This document shows, piece by piece, positions 43,094 to 60,339 of a stretch of DNA of 64,000 nt (position 1 is the stretch's first letter; every line of letters starts with the position of its first letter). Position numbers and translations under genes: made by a program. Below the pieces are notes generated by a model. That model was given only the letters and a program-made list of their open reading frames with translations, ran no database searches and was not told where the DNA came from. Source of the stretch: Vermamoeba vermiformis (Eukaryota); NCBI GenBank assembly GCA_045837725.1, contig JBEWZL010000069.1, positions 62,001 through 126,000 on the forward strand. Reading direction: 5' to 3'.

Positions 43094-44307
43094 TTAACGC
43101 GGATCGAGTCTCTGTCGCTTTTCAGGTCGTCGATCAGGTCCAGGTGAAGGACTACGGCTTCTCTTACGGCCGTCTGCAAACACGTCGTTAGTTCGTATGC
43201 AAATAATATATTTTCATTTCTACTTACATTCTGGGGGAGGAGGGCTTCGACGAGGAGGAGGCGATCGAGATCTGTATCGACCACCGCCACCATAACCTCT
43301 GTCACCTCTATAAACGCGATATATCAGTAACGGACCACAGTGCCAATATAAGAATGTAGAAGAGTGCAACATTGTAATGTAGAGATAAAGAAGCTCGATC
43401 TGCTTACCCATGAGGAGGATAATAGCCACCGCCGTAGCCACCGTGACCGCCATAACCTCTGTGAGGACGATCATAGTGATCTCTAGGGGCGTAGTGTGGA
43501 GGAGGACGACCTCGGTCTCCACGCTCGCCACCACGTTCGCGCATCTTCTTGTCGTAGCCCAAATCCCAATCCAGTCGCAACCTTCGGCCGTCGAGAGGAT
43601 AGTCTTGGTACTTATAAAAAGCCTCTTCGGCGTCTCTTCTGTGTTCAAATTCTACGAAGGCGTAACCCTTGCTCTGTCCTGTGCGTCTGAGGCAAAAAGT
43701 AAGAATCTGCAAGATTTGCAAACTGGTTGTTCTTCAACTCGTTTAAATTTGAATACTTACTGATTGAAACCAACTTTAACAAATTTAACGCGACCAAATC
43801 GCTCCATTAAATCACGTAAGTCTCTGTCGCGGATGTTGTATGACAAATTGCCAAAGAAAATTGTTTTTGAATTCTCGAGCTCACGAGGGTCTCTATATAT
43901 TTAACGCATTAGTATTACTTAGCAGGCCAACTTAGACGCTTGTTTTAAAATAATAAACCCGTGTGGACGAGAAAACTCTTTGCAGATGCCTTTTCATCCT
44001 TTGGAAGTAAAATGCTGAGGAGGAACTATAGATCTTACCTTCTATCTTTCGATCTTGAACGCGAGCGATCACGTCTGAAATCACGTCTGTCTCGAGATCT
44101 GGAACGAGAGCGATCACGTGGTGGCGGTGATCTCTCTCTCGAACGAGAGCGCGAGCGAGAACGTGAAGGCTCTCTTCTATCGGCCTCTGGCGGTGCATTA
44201 AGATCGGTAATTTGATCAACGTCAGCCTGCATAGTAGGTATTAATATTGTCCTCGGAATAAAGAAGTAAGAAATCGCACGATGATCGTCCTCGTCTACAT
44301 CCATCAT
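43094..44307 (-). CDS. SR-rich RRM splicing factor (Tra2-like)
   Basis: RS repeats flank an RRM (IFFGNLSY; RNP1 KGYAFVEF; LDGRRLRLDW). Confidence 0.85.
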
Positions 44308-44655
44308 TGATAAAATTTGCATATTTAATTACTAAATTTGCTGATTTTTATTGCCCTTAAGGCGAGTTTGAATGGTAATTAAATCTGCTCATCTTCGCAA
44401 GATTCGACGTTGAAAATAGCTTCACAAAATTCCATAAAAGATCATGATCGTACCATTATGTGTGGGTTACGTGTGCAATGAAAGTTCAATAAAGACCAGC
44501 CCAAACGACCAGCAACAATTTTTTTATTTTGGGAAGGAATTTGTCGGAGGATCTGCGGGTTGGCAAGAAAATGGCTCGCTGAATGAAATTAAAAACCATA
44601 CTAGCTCTACATAAATAGCAACAAGCATTATAATATAATTCTCGCATCGTCAAAG

Positions 44656-46720
<2,065 letters not shown>

Positions 46721-47596
46721 AACCATTTTAAATTTATGTATACGATACGAATTATGCCAATGTATTTATTTCCTCACCTTGTATAATGCAATTAATAATT
46801 AATAAATTGTAAGTACTCTTCACAACTTGCTTGCGGTCCGCAGTGGGCTCGTAAATCATCCCACGGTGAAGTACTCCTCGATAATATTTATAGTACGTAA
46901 AATCCCGTTTATAGGGTCGCAAAGTTGTCATACAAAGCTCACACACTCGAGAAAGTTCGTGTAGTATCACGAAAAATTGAATTAGCTTCAAATTGATTTT
47001 AGCAATATAAATCAGCATCTCCTTCATTGAAAATATATTTGCATAATTCTCTATGGACCGTAAAATGCAAAGTGGTGCGAATTGAATTTTGAATCGAAGA
47101 TCGAAAAACGCGCGTGCCCAAAAATTCGCCTCTATTTTTAAGTAAAGAAAGAAATATAGATGTACCGATGTATGAAGGTCTCGGGCAAGGAAAAGGATTG
47201 GTCAGTTTTACGGAAGATAAAAGAAAATTTACGTTTTCTGATCAAAGAAAAAAGCGGAGAATAATGGAAGAATTAATGCTAAACAAGCTAGTTCGTGAAC
47301 TTACGTTATCGATGCAAATGAAAGTTCATTAGAGAGGTTCGAACATCAATTACTGGCCCGAAAGTGCTGTTCAAAGGCAGAGTTCGGCCGATTCGTGGTC
47401 GAAGCATCCAGAAGAGGCAAAGGCCTGGCACGCAAGGCCACGCGAGGAAAGGTCCATCAATAATTCCCTGAATCTCTAAAAATAGAGAACAGCAGAATTT
47501 ACATCAGTTTCCTAAGATTACAATGCGGTTGACCAAAGTTTGACGATCTGGCCATAAAAAGAAAATTTTTCGCGTTTTTCAATTTCATAACAATAA

Positions 47597-48547
<951 letters not shown>

Positions 48548-48712
48548 ATCTGTTCCAACGGATTTACTTGTACATTTAGCGCTTCATGAAGCGCGAATAA
48601 ATGTCTGATTACTCATAATAATGTTTGTACGTTTTTGTCGTTAAATTAGAACTTACCCAACGGGTCAATTTCGTTTACTGATCCTTCGCATCTCTTTCGT
48701 GCAACTGTCGCC

Positions 48713-50669
48713 ATGTTAACAACCACAAAAGTCGTAAAAGCAGTTTCGACTGTGACTTCCAGGTCCCTAAGGAGCGTTCAAGCCTCTACTGGCGCTGCTT
48801 CTTTGTTCCACACACAGGCTGTCAGACGTGGATTGTCTCCTCAATCCCCTGAAGAATGTAATTACAACCGAGCAGAAAACGTCAAATAATTTTAATAATA
48901 TTATTTTGCTTCGTGGTAACACGCGCTAAACATTTTTCAGCAATTACTATCGCTTCCTTGATTATTTAAAATTAGATCGAGGATAATTATTATTTGTGTG
49001 CGTCCAGAGAACTAATTTATTGCAGATATCAATACACATAGGACACCACTTCGTGTTAGAAAAGCACAATTCGCCTCGTTGATTAATGAATGGAATAACA
49101 AAAATAATACCGCAAAACAGAGTGGATTTGCAAGAGATTGGGTCATTAAAGGTAAGAAATAATACTACAAATCGCCACATATTTTTATGATTTATTTTGG
49201 CCGTTATACAATCGTTTTGCATAATTATTAATTAATTTATGTCGATCAGCCGCTGCTATTATTGAAAGACCAGAAATTATTGCTCCTGAAGACCCTGAGT
49301 GGTTGGTTAAATACAGACAATGGCGAGAAAAGTAAGTTATGCACATTATTGATAATACAGCATATTTAGCAGCGTGTCAACAACGAGTCAAATCAATCGA
49401 ATGATCGTTATGGCGACAAGTTACAGTTGATAATTATTATACAAACCATGTACCACTCTAAAATATTAAGCGCCTGCTATAATTTTACCGCAACGGTTAC
49501 AATTAGCTCGATATTAATAGACAGTTTCGAAAGCTGTAACACGATGACTGACACGTATAATTATTGACGCATAATTGCTTTGTAGGTGGGAAGCGCCAAT
49601 TAAACAACAAATGCCTGATATTAAGACACTCTTAGAAGACGAAGATAAAAAGGCTTCTGGTGTTTCCACTGCCACTGGTGATAAAAAAGTAAGTGAACTT
49701 ATTCGCGGAGGCTTCTTCGAGCACCGTGCATAGAGATCTTAATTCAGCCATTTAATACGGTATATTGAAATCGAGCAGCATTTGATTATTTGATTTCTTA
49801 ATACGCGTGTGGTATTAACGTGGTACTTCAGGAAAAGAAAAAGAAGAAGGAAAAGAAGGGAGCCACTGAGACTGAAGATGAGGAAGCTAAGGCTAAGCGA
49901 GAAAGAGAGAGCAGAGCTGAGGAGTTGAGAAAGGCTAACGAGACTCAATCTGCTGAATTATTCGGTCCCAGAATCACTGAAGCTGATAAAGCAAATGATC
50001 GCAAGTCGTTGTACCGCAAATTGGACAAGAAGTTGTTCTTGATCGTCAAGCGAAAGCGAGACCAACACACTTGGCAATTCCCTCAAGGCGATTGGGTCAA
50101 GGGTGAAATGATTCGTGAGGTATGTACACGCGACACGTCGGTGAAACAAACAAATTTTCTTTCTTGATCTTCTCTCAATATCTCCGACCATTGCTGGTGT
50201 GCAATGAGCATTATTAACCGTTGTTATGATAGTCTGGTCAACGCCAGTTCATCGAAAAGTTCTCCTCTGATTTGGACGTCTATTTCTCTGGAAACTGCCC
50301 TCAAGGCGTCTACGGCTACGAGTTCCCTCGTGATGTTCAAAAGAAAATGAATGCTTATGGAGCTAAGGTAGGCACCTACTAGATGATGCACTGGTTGTTA
50401 CTTGTTATATTGAATGGCAATCTATAATACGATCGATTATTTCCGTGGTTGGTACGCGGATCTGATATTTTTTTTAGGTCTTCTTTATGTATGGATATTA
50501 TATCAAGGGCTCTCTTAAGATTATGGACGACAGCATCGTTGACTATTTGTGGGTTACTAAGGAAGAATTGGCTGAGTACTTGGATCCCGAGACCTACAAG
50601 TTCGTCTCTCAAATGTTGCCGGACACTTTCGTTGATCACACCGTACAAAAGGTCCATTACATTATTTAA
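48713..50669 (+). CDS. MRPL46: Mitochondrial ribosomal protein mL46-like
   Basis: Basic/hydroxylated presequence; AAIIERP, PRITEADKANDRKSLYRKLDKKLFLIVK..WQFPQG, GNCP, DYLWVTKEELAEYL. Confidence 0.85.
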
Positions 50670-50844
50670 AATCAGTGCGAAAAACTTGAATATAAATGAA
50701 ATAATAATCGAAAATAAAACGTGAATATTCAAAATGCTTGATCTCTGCGCGATCGCGTGACTTCACGCTTGGATTGAACGTAATAACGTTATGTATAACT
50801 ATACCATTTATAACACTATTTACATTAATTACAGGTGGTCAGAT

Positions 50845-51258
50845 CTATTGCTTCTGATCCTTTTGTTGTTGTTGTTGTTTGGCTCGTTCTTTAAGCTGAT
50901 TCTCGTGTTTGACGCGCAATTGCTCCATAAAATTTTCCCATTTTTGTTTCATTTCATCATCTTGCGGTGCTGAGGCTGTAGCTTTAACGGCGTGTTCATC
51001 TGCGACAGATCTTGTTATTATTTTCAATTATTTTTAAAATTTGAAATCACCCCAAAAGACTCAGTAATTTAATGCAAGTTGTCAGACATAGCTATTTTTG
51101 TCTTTGGAAAAATTATTGTCCACTAATTTTGCTTTCACGGATGTCAAGATCGCTCGTTAGTACTTACAGAAGCCAGACTTGATCATTACAAACTCCATTA
51201 ATCCACCAAAAACGAACGATACAGCACATAGCTTTCCGATATACCTTGACATTGACAT
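50845..51258 (-). CDS. Small single-TM protein resembling UPF0640/SMIM4 family; 3' exon frame uncertain
   Basis: Exon 1 MSMSRYIGKLCAVSFVFGGLMEFVMIKSGF followed by a GTAAG donor. Confidence 0.5.
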
Positions 51259-51381
51259 CGTGCGTGGTGTTCTGATCAAAATTGTTTGTGAGATCCGAAT
51301 TTACTACCTAACTTTCTTACAACCCGGAGCAAATTAAAACAATAATTTATTTATATAAGTTCAACAGCGTATTTATAATTA

Positions 51382-53400
51382 TTAAACATCTTTCTTGTCG
51401 TCCATGGGGATCTCGCGGCTCAACTTTAAGCTACCAGCACAACGCTACAAAGCAACATTAGTAATTGATCTACACGGATCATATCTTGCATTGAGTTTAC
51501 CTTGCTCAAGCCGTGCGCGAAGGCGTGTTGCTTATTCTTGGTGAATCGAATGTTAGGGCGCAAGTACTTCAAGTAACCGTCCCATGGCACGTTAGCCAAA
51601 CCAGCTTTGCGTGCAATCATAGACTAAGAACGTCAAACCAAGTTAATAAATGCTTATTAGGCGGCAGCGAAGTAGTGCTGATATGCATGTGATGAATTAC
51701 AGAACATTTTGGATAAATAAAAGTTTGTCAAAAAAGTGGATGTGGCACGTACCTTAACACGCTCAGAAAATTGTTCAGGAGTCTCATTAGGTTGTTTCGT
51801 TTGAGGCTCCAAGAACCAGACGTCGCATACAACAGCCCAGCTCGTCATCAATTTAAACAAGTGTTGCCAAATAGTTTGAATACGACTGTTCCAGAACGCA
51901 TCCACGAACAACTTACTAAACAGAAAAAACCATTAGAGGAGTGCTTGGCGTGCTTAATCGAATGGGCACTTACTTGTACTTGATGGCAACGGGGTAGACT
52001 GTAGCACCCAACTCGAAAGCACCCTTCTTGAACATAATTACATATTCGTTATTTACACAGACTCCTTCAGGGAAGATCAACAAAGGGTTGTTGTTCGGGT
52101 TGTTAATATGTTCCTTAATACTAAATAAAGACACTTAATTAGCACGAGAGTTTCAATTGCAACTAGCGATATTTTCACTTACGTTCTAGCGACCTTTTCA
52201 CGGTCCTTAGCTTCGTTACGTTGGAACCAAATGCCTCCCAAGCAGCCCAACACGCGGTCTTGAATCAAGCCTATAAAGTTCGTTAGTAAAAGTGAGTTCG
52301 TTAGTGCGATCTGAGACGGTTGGATCGTACCCATCATGCCGGGGTGTTTTTGACCGACCACTGCAAAGCTCATGTACTGCGACAAGACAACGACGTCAAT
52401 GACTGAGCTGTGATTGGCCACAAAGACTTGATTGGCGTGGCGGTGCGGACGAGTGCCGTGAATTTTGATGACACCGCTCCATGACAGAACGAATACTGAG
52501 GCCAAGAATCGAATCAACATACGCTGCAAATATTGCCATATTAGGAAAAATGTTGGTAGTATATATTTTTTGTGATGGTGGCTTACTTGATAGTGCTCAC
52601 GTGCTTTCTTGTTGGCGCCAAAGATAAAAGAGACGAGCACGAAGCCAAGCAAAAATGCAATCCAACCAGTGATCAAGGCAAATAGTCTAATATAAATGTT
52701 AATACGAGGTCATTGAGTGCGTAACTTTTTGTGGGAAGTAAGGCAGATTTGAGTTTGAAAAGTTGTACGAACCTTAAGGGGAACAAAACACCGTATCTGA
52801 ACACTACACCCAATAAATATGCTGGCAATAAATACGCATTCCAATTCCATTTTTCTACGTCGTGGCTGGCAAAGCATTTTGTAAATTGATCCTATTTATG
52901 GAAAATTAGTCAGAAATTCGTAATCTATCGAGCTAACGAAAGATATTGTACAAAAATATTATTAACGTACCTCGACCAACGTTTGCATGCCGCCGTTAAT
53001 GAATTGCATGCCATCTGACAAATTGAAGCTGCACAAAATTAATTGTAAATATTTTTGTAAATTAATTTTGATGTTTCGCATGCAGCGCTATCAATTAATA
53101 ATATTATATTAATTCTTACATTGTTCCTTTGCGAGTTTCTTTAGCCAAATACGCGTCGATCACCTTTTGGTCATTTTCTTTTTGCAAAGCATCAACCTCC
53201 TTTTGCGAGGGCTGATAAATGGATAAAATATCCGCTCTATAATTTAAAAATTATTAATTAATCTTTTCTGCTGAGCGTATCATAATTAATTTATTCCACT
53301 GATCCGAAAGTACTATCAGGCAACGACTAATGAATAAAACGTAATAATCCTGGCATGGATATATTAATTAATAAACATACTCGTCGTTAGGGCCGCTCAT
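51382..53400 (-). CDS. Glycerol-3-phosphate acyltransferase (GPAT3/4, GPAT9-like)
   Basis: VFVANHSSVID (HX4D), LLIFPEGVCVNNEY..FKKGAFELG, VDAFWNS, WDGYLKY; predicted C-terminal KKDV ER-retrieval motif. Confidence 0.92.
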
Positions 53401-53744
53401 GTGTTGATCTTGTGCGGAAAATTTTCAATGTGCAAGAAATGGAGCTGGACCATTTCCCTGCTAAAGCTTTCCAAGCGTTGCGGGCACTAGTTGATACGCT
53501 TACATTATTTGAGCAGTTCTATTGCGTTCAATTTCGTTTAATGCTATTTAAGTTCCGGATCTGCGTCATTCTGGATGTAGGCCTTTCTGCAGTGCAATAT
53601 TCCCCAAACGGCATTTTACATGCAGTAAGGAGAATGGTAATATCAGACTGTTGAGTGAGTTCGTTTGTATCTATATTTAGAGCGAAATCTTATTGATGGT
53701 GATTTAGCGGTTTATTTATTTTATCAAACAGCAGATTGGAGAAG

Positions 53745-56402
53745 ATGAACACGCCACAGTCTGCCTTAGAGTTCAATCCCTTCTTGAACTTGTCGAGGAG
53801 GTACCGTAGAGGACGGATTCGCAAAGTCTTTTCAGGCTTAAAGGTATTAATATGATTAACGCTACCTCTTAATAGTATTATATAATTATTTCTTATTATC
53901 TTCGAAGTTAGAAAATTTAATTGGGCAGGTCTTTGTCAAACTCACTAAAATTCAATTTAAATTAAAATTTGTCCAGTAATTTTTTTAATTTGCAAATTGA
54001 GAGATAATAATCGAGTCCCTCTGAATTTTATCATTGCTCGCAGAAGATATTATTTTTGCAAATTAAATTTCTCTACCCGCATCCTTTTCAGAGGAGTTAA
54101 TTTGCTCACAAGGCGAAATGTACACTATTTTATAACTTTCCTTTTATTGCACAATATTTATTTCAGTTGATTCTAATTTTTATTTGATTTGGATCAGACC
54201 GCCATCGCCTCACTTACAATCGTTCCTGTTCGTGGTATCATCACGCTACTGATTGGTGGCTGGATATTTGCGACATGCAAGCTGGCTACATTAGGATTAC
54301 CTCGAAATCACGATCCAAATAAGCAACCTCTGGCTAAGTAAGTGACCTTAAACCAGGATCCAACAATTCATGAAAATTCAATTTACTTTTTATCCTTTCG
54401 GATTTAGTTAATTAAGATATTATGCATAGATGGCGCTTTAGAATCATGAAGATGTCTCGCTTCTTAATGAGGACGTTGCTGTTCACCTGGGGATTTTACT
54501 GGATCCGATCTAAAGGCAAACCTGTTGGTGGACCACGAGCACCAATTGTTATTGCAAACCATAATAGTATATTGGATGCTCTATTATTATACTCCACATA
54601 TGCACCTTGCTTGTAAGTTTCATGCTTAGCTTAACGACTTTTCAGAGATGCACCCCGGATCGAATCTGCACATTTTTCTTGTTTGCCTTCGTTATGGCAA
54701 TACAATACTAATCCTTTTTAGTGTTGCCAAAAAAGAGCTCGAGAAGTTACCGCTCGTCGGAGGAATCTTACGTGCGACTCAAGCCGTGTTAGTGGACCGA
54801 CATTCAAAGACGTCACGCGAGGCACGTGCATCACGATCGGAATTCAATTCTTTAATGTGCTAAACAACCTGTCTATTATAGGAGACTATGGAGGCTATTG
54901 CTCGTCGAGGCCACTTTGCAGCCGCGGGAGAAGGTCCTCAAGTGGCCCTCTTTCCTGAAGGCACGACCACGAACGGCACGTACTTGCTCAACTTCAAGGT
55001 CGGTGCTTTCAAGCCTGGTTTGCCCGTGCAGCCCGTGCACTTGAACTACTATGACCCGTTGTTCAGCTGGACTGTCGGTAAGTCATCCATTCTCATAGGT
55101 ACCAATAATACGGTGTCATTAACATGTCACGTAGATAACACGCTGTGGCGCTCGTTGTTCAAGATTTGGGCCAACTTTAAGAACTCTGTTGAAGTAGTCT
55201 ACATGGAGCCTTACGTACGTCGTCTTAAGCTTTTACAAAAATAGAAACGTCTAACTATTATTTACCACCCGATAGGTGCCGAATGAGGAAGAGAAAAAAG
55301 ACGCACAACTGTACGTGAATGATTTATAATTGTCGTCGAAAGTGAATCTAATAGTCCTGTTTGTAGGTACGCAGACAACGTGCGAAGGAAGATGGCGGAT
55401 CAGATCGGCTTGCCAATCACGAACCATTCCGTAGAAGACGCCTTCTTGCTCATGGCTGTACGTTAACAATAATAACATATTCATCATGTGAACGCGAGTG
55501 TGAGCTAACAGAATTGACTTGCAGGCTCAAAGCTTACACGTGCCAAATCAAGCGATCAACGTGCAATACACCGAGCTCAAAAAACTTTACAATCTCAGCG
55601 TTGACGAGATTAAGAACATCCTCAAGTACGTCCTGATAGCTCTAGATAATGTAATCATATCACGCTAATAGTGTTTTTATAGGGTCTTTGCTACGATGGA
55701 CAAAGATCACTCGGGCACGCTCGACGCCACGGAGTTCGCTCAAGCACTCAACTTGCCCTTCACTCAAGAGGTCTACGATCTCTTCCACTTGTTCGATCAA
55801 GACGAGTCCGGCACGATAGGTACATATACATATATAATATATTAATATGATGATTTGTCGACTCACGGATCTTGTTAGATTTCAAGGAGTTCGTGCTTGG
55901 CCTGTCAATTTTGAACAGCAAGAAGGAGCTGGAAAGTGACACTGTCAAGTACTGCTTTACAGTCTTCGATGAGGTAAGAGCGTTAAATAGCACGTGGAGC
56001 TATTTCAGTGAAATGTGAGTACTGACAATTACTTAATTTGGAATAGAACAATGACGGCGTAATTTCTCGCGAAGAATTCAGAAAAATCATGTGCAAATTG
56101 TTCTTGAATATTAGACAAGATGATATTAACACTTTATTCTCTAAAATCGATTCCGACAAAGACGGATTCATTCGTTACGGTAAGTCAAACCACATCCACC
56201 AATTTTTTTTATGGTTTACTAATGCTTGGTTTAAGATGATTGGGCTAAGTTCGCTAAAGAAGAGCCTGGCTATATTTTCATCGCCAGCGATATTTTGCAA
56301 AAGTTCAAGCCCGAACAAGCTGGTCCTGTGGCTCAAACTATCAGCGGTGCACCTGAAGCTGAAAAAGCAATGTCGTACACTAAATTGAACAAATCTGTTT
56401 AA
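53745..56402 (+). CDS. LPCAT1/2-like lysophospholipid acyltransferase with EF hands
   Basis: NPF start motif, IANHNSILD, LFPEGTTTNG..FKVGAF.PG.PVQPV; EF hands DKDHSGTLD, DQDESGTID, DSDKDGFI. Confidence 0.92.
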
Positions 56403-56469
56403 TACAATAATATTAACGTATACTAATATCAATATGTATCATTTGTTTATAAATTAAAACTATCGTTCG

Positions 56470-59400
56470 TTACAACTTCATGTTCGGATCCGCTTCTTCG
56501 CTTCTCCAAGACAAATAATCTCTGACATAAGTTGTGGTATCGTCACGATCCGATAATACGAGATATCGTGCGTTTGCCATTTTTGGAATGTGTTCAGTGG
56601 GTTGAAGCCACTCGATTTTGCGTGATGGCAAGTGCCACGATGAAACGATTGGTGCATTTTGTGTGTGAATGAATAGCCGTTCGTTTGAGCACGGAACATT
56701 CTGCAAATCATTCATGAATGAGTTATTCAATAAATATTATAAGTACGAAATGTTATGTTTTACCTCGTAATTTATGTAGTTGGGGCGAAGCACATATTTG
56801 ACAATTTCTGTTTCAGATCCGGTTCGCAAGTCAACAAATCCAACTGCTGTCGTGAGACCACAATATCGACGTCCTCGCAAGTAATCAGGTGCATACCCCA
56901 ATATAAGCATTGTATTCTCATCGACTATCTTGGTGTATCTGATAGTCAACGTATCAGAAGAATTGGATGATTTTTGCGGCACCCAAATATCTTTCATTGT
57001 TCGCAAATCTGTGACCGTATAATGATTGCGTGCAGAAGTACTAGAAACAGTGACAATAGTATTGTTGAACGGATTAAATGTTGCAATCTCATTTTCTTTG
57101 GTATGCAATTCTGCCGTGACTATTTCTTGCTCAATGTTGTAGACGCAGCTCACTAAAAAATAATTAGTATTCTATGTGATAGCATTATATTGAAAAAATT
57201 GTAAATAATTGTTATGGGAAGTTTTTTTTTTGACACGTGTCAACGGTAATTTTTCACGTGTCATTCGTTGCAACAAATATCTAACCACGAAGCTCTCAGA
57301 AAACATTTATATTTCTAAGGCAGTTTGACACGTGTCAAAAACTGGTTTGTGAAGTACGTACCGGTCGGGCAAAAAATCGAGGTAGCGTCTATCGAAGTAA
57401 TTCCTGCCAAATCTTTTACTCTGCCACGAATGGCAAGATTTTTTAGCACTGGAGATTCAGTTTCGCTCAAAATTGTAAATATATGCATCAAGTTCTCGTT
57501 CCGTCTTGCGAGCAGCACTTTTGGCACTCGCGCTGCTTCATTATTAGTGTCTTTCAATAATGTGATAAATGACCGATGTGTTGTTGTGTTCGAAATGTCT
57601 GAAAGTTGTTGACTGTGACAGTTCCAATAAGAGACGTGTGTCGTATTGTAATTGGAGTCAAGGTCTTTCAAAATCAACCAATCATCGTTCAGCAAGAATG
57701 GCTTGCCTTTCAATTCTGCAACGTTGGAGTACTTGTTTTGTTGCCAGCTCGAGTTCAACCTGTAAAAAAACAATGTTAATACTGCTTCAAAAAGTGACAC
57801 GTGTCGTCGTCGCAAATCTGCGTGCGAAAGAAAATCAAAAGGACTGTCAACTTTCAAAAGAACATCGCATAACCCAAACAAGTATTGATTCGCTAAAATT
57901 GTCCTGCGATTAGGCCAGGACGCTATTAAGTGTCAAAGTGTCACTTTTTAACGATTTTTTATGACACGTGTCATTGTAAAAAAAGTTTGATCTTAAGTGT
58001 CAAAATCGGTCGTAAAGATAAGCAATGAAGTTATGACACGTGTCATTATCAAATGATTGATCTTTTTGTCACTTACTTCAATAGTCGCTGAACTCTCGTT
58101 CGATAAGGCAGTGTCACATCTTCAACGTGATTGAAGTACTTGACATGATAATGACGCCAAAGTTGCTCGTCTTGATTGAACAACGTTGTTTTGAATTCTT
58201 CGTCCAATGTCTTCGAGCAGCTGTATAACCTCGTCAAGTCATGTGGAGCAAGATGCATTGCAATTTCTTTGTATAGATCTTTCGGTAAATCGAACAGACT
58301 GTGACTTCCATTTATGGTAATATTTGCAGATTCCGACAATTCTTCTTGCTTTTTTGGTTTATCGATACAACGAAACAGCTCCCTAAAATCGTCGCGGTCG
58401 ATCATTTTCTGCAAATGTTGACGAATGGCTTGTGCGTTGTGAGGCTGACAGTGCTGCAAAAGATAAAAGAATAGCATTGTATATGTCATATTCTGCACCG
58501 AAAAACTCCAATGTTCAATGAATTTTTGCCACGCTGTGTTGGTGGTCTCGTCTTGTTCGACGATCATTTTAAGAGCGGCAAGAAATTCTACGGGATAAGT
58601 GTTCGACGGTCCTAAGTACTTTGAAAGATACGTAATCGCAGGAATTTCTCCCGCCTGGTTCCTAGAAAAAACCCCGGCATTAAATTTAAAAAAAATCAGA
58701 AAAAGTTTAGTACTAATACTGTAAACAAAAGATCGCTTTCCGGGCGATAGTATAAAAATTAACGTGTCTTTTTAAGCGAAATTTCATCGTTTAAATTTGT
58801 ACGGGTTGAACTTACGATTGCGAGGCAGCAGCAATGAGTTTTTGAACGTCCGTTGCATGTTTCTTCATCGCTTTCCAAATACGCTCAAAATCGACCACTC
58901 GAACACGTGCATGTCTTGTAGCGTAGTGTAGTATATTATTGCCGCTAGAATCTTGTTCTAAAAAAAAAGTCGTTAGATCAGATCGGATCCACCAAATTTT
59001 TTTTTGTGGTGGTTATTCTTACCTAAGAACCAATCAGGATATCTTTGCAAGTATTCTTCGAATTCCGTAGATTCCTTTAAATGGTGAAATACTTGCGAGC
59101 CCAGAACTATTTGTTTCTTCGTGTAATTGTTGTCTTTGAGCCAGTTCAGCATTCGCATCTTGTCTTTGAATTTCATATTCGATTGCATAATAGCTAGGCC
59201 TAATTCTTTTTCTGGAAAAAAACGAGTTAAACACAATCCATTGTCGTAAGATAGTAGACTAAAAAAAGGTACTAAGAATTTCAATAATTGCGTTAATAAA
59301 TAGAAAATGTCAGAGACCTCGGTTATTTGACACGTGTCAAAGATCTTAATTTTTTCACGTCACATAAAAAATATTAGTGCAACGTCGGGAAATAATTTAA

Positions 59401-60151
59401 CGTCAAAAAGTTGAAGGTGTCAAATATCGCTTGTTCTAACAAGGATAAGCGATTATATAATAAGGTTTTCTTAAATTAATAAAATTGATAAATTTACCGT
59501 CCGTGCAAACAGCGCCAAGGGTGAAAGCAGCCTTTAGGTACTTCGGTTTGTGCGCCAGGGTTAGCAAGGGAAAATCGTCTCTATCGATCAAAGGTGTCGC
59601 GTATTTAAGTCGCTTTATAATATTTCCTGAAGATAAACTTGGTGCGGAGGCAAGATCTGGCAAAAATTTTAGTTTGGAAGATCCGCAGCGGATTTGCCCA
59701 TACCGAATAGTTTCAACCATGTAAACTCTTCATAAGGTAAGTCGGTATTAATGCTTGATTTAATAAGCAATTTAACGGCCATTTCATGCAGACCAAGCCG
59801 CACAGCCTGCAACGAATCCGTAAGTCAAAAATTAAAGAACTTACTTTACGACTTACTACGCTAATTAAATCTTCTTCGTCTTCATTTTTTCTTATTATAG
59901 CACGAATTAATAAGCGTTCTTGAGCAGACAACAAAGCAGTGAAGGTTTCGACATCTGACGTTGTAATTGCGTCTTTTAAAGCCTAATTTTTATTCATTAA
60001 TTTCTAAACATATATATTTATCGTACAATAGTTATTGTATAACTTAAGCGTTTTGTATCGGTGTTATGCAATTAATTTATTTTCAGATTATCGAATTTCG
60101 GAACGGATTCGAGTCTTTAAGAACGCTACGTACCACTCTATTGCCTTCCAT
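56470..60151 (-). CDS. Tandem paralogue A: helical/ankyrin-like N-region, F-box, beta-strand-rich C-region
   Basis: LFDLPKDLYKEIAMHLAPHDLTRLYSCSK F-box; exon-by-exon homology to paralogue B. Confidence 0.72.
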
Positions 60152-60339
60152 TACTTGCTTAATCTGATTTATACGTGCAATCAAAAATAAGTGTCATTCA
60201 AAAACTGTTCTACTTGTGCCTTACTCACAGTGGGACGGGACACGAAGTGGTGCGTTCTTTGACAATTCTCAAAAGTGATTCGTAAAGACCAAATCTACGA
60301 ATCGTCATTTATTTGTTTATAAATTAAAACTATCGTTCG

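Noticed and set aside
47280-47420. Heat-shock-element-like GAA/TTC arrays upstream of polyubiquitin
   Set aside because: Only degenerate matches; plausible but not supportable.
56731-56765. Apparent frameshift in paralogue A relative to B
   Set aside because: Explained by a GT-AG intron present in both copies.
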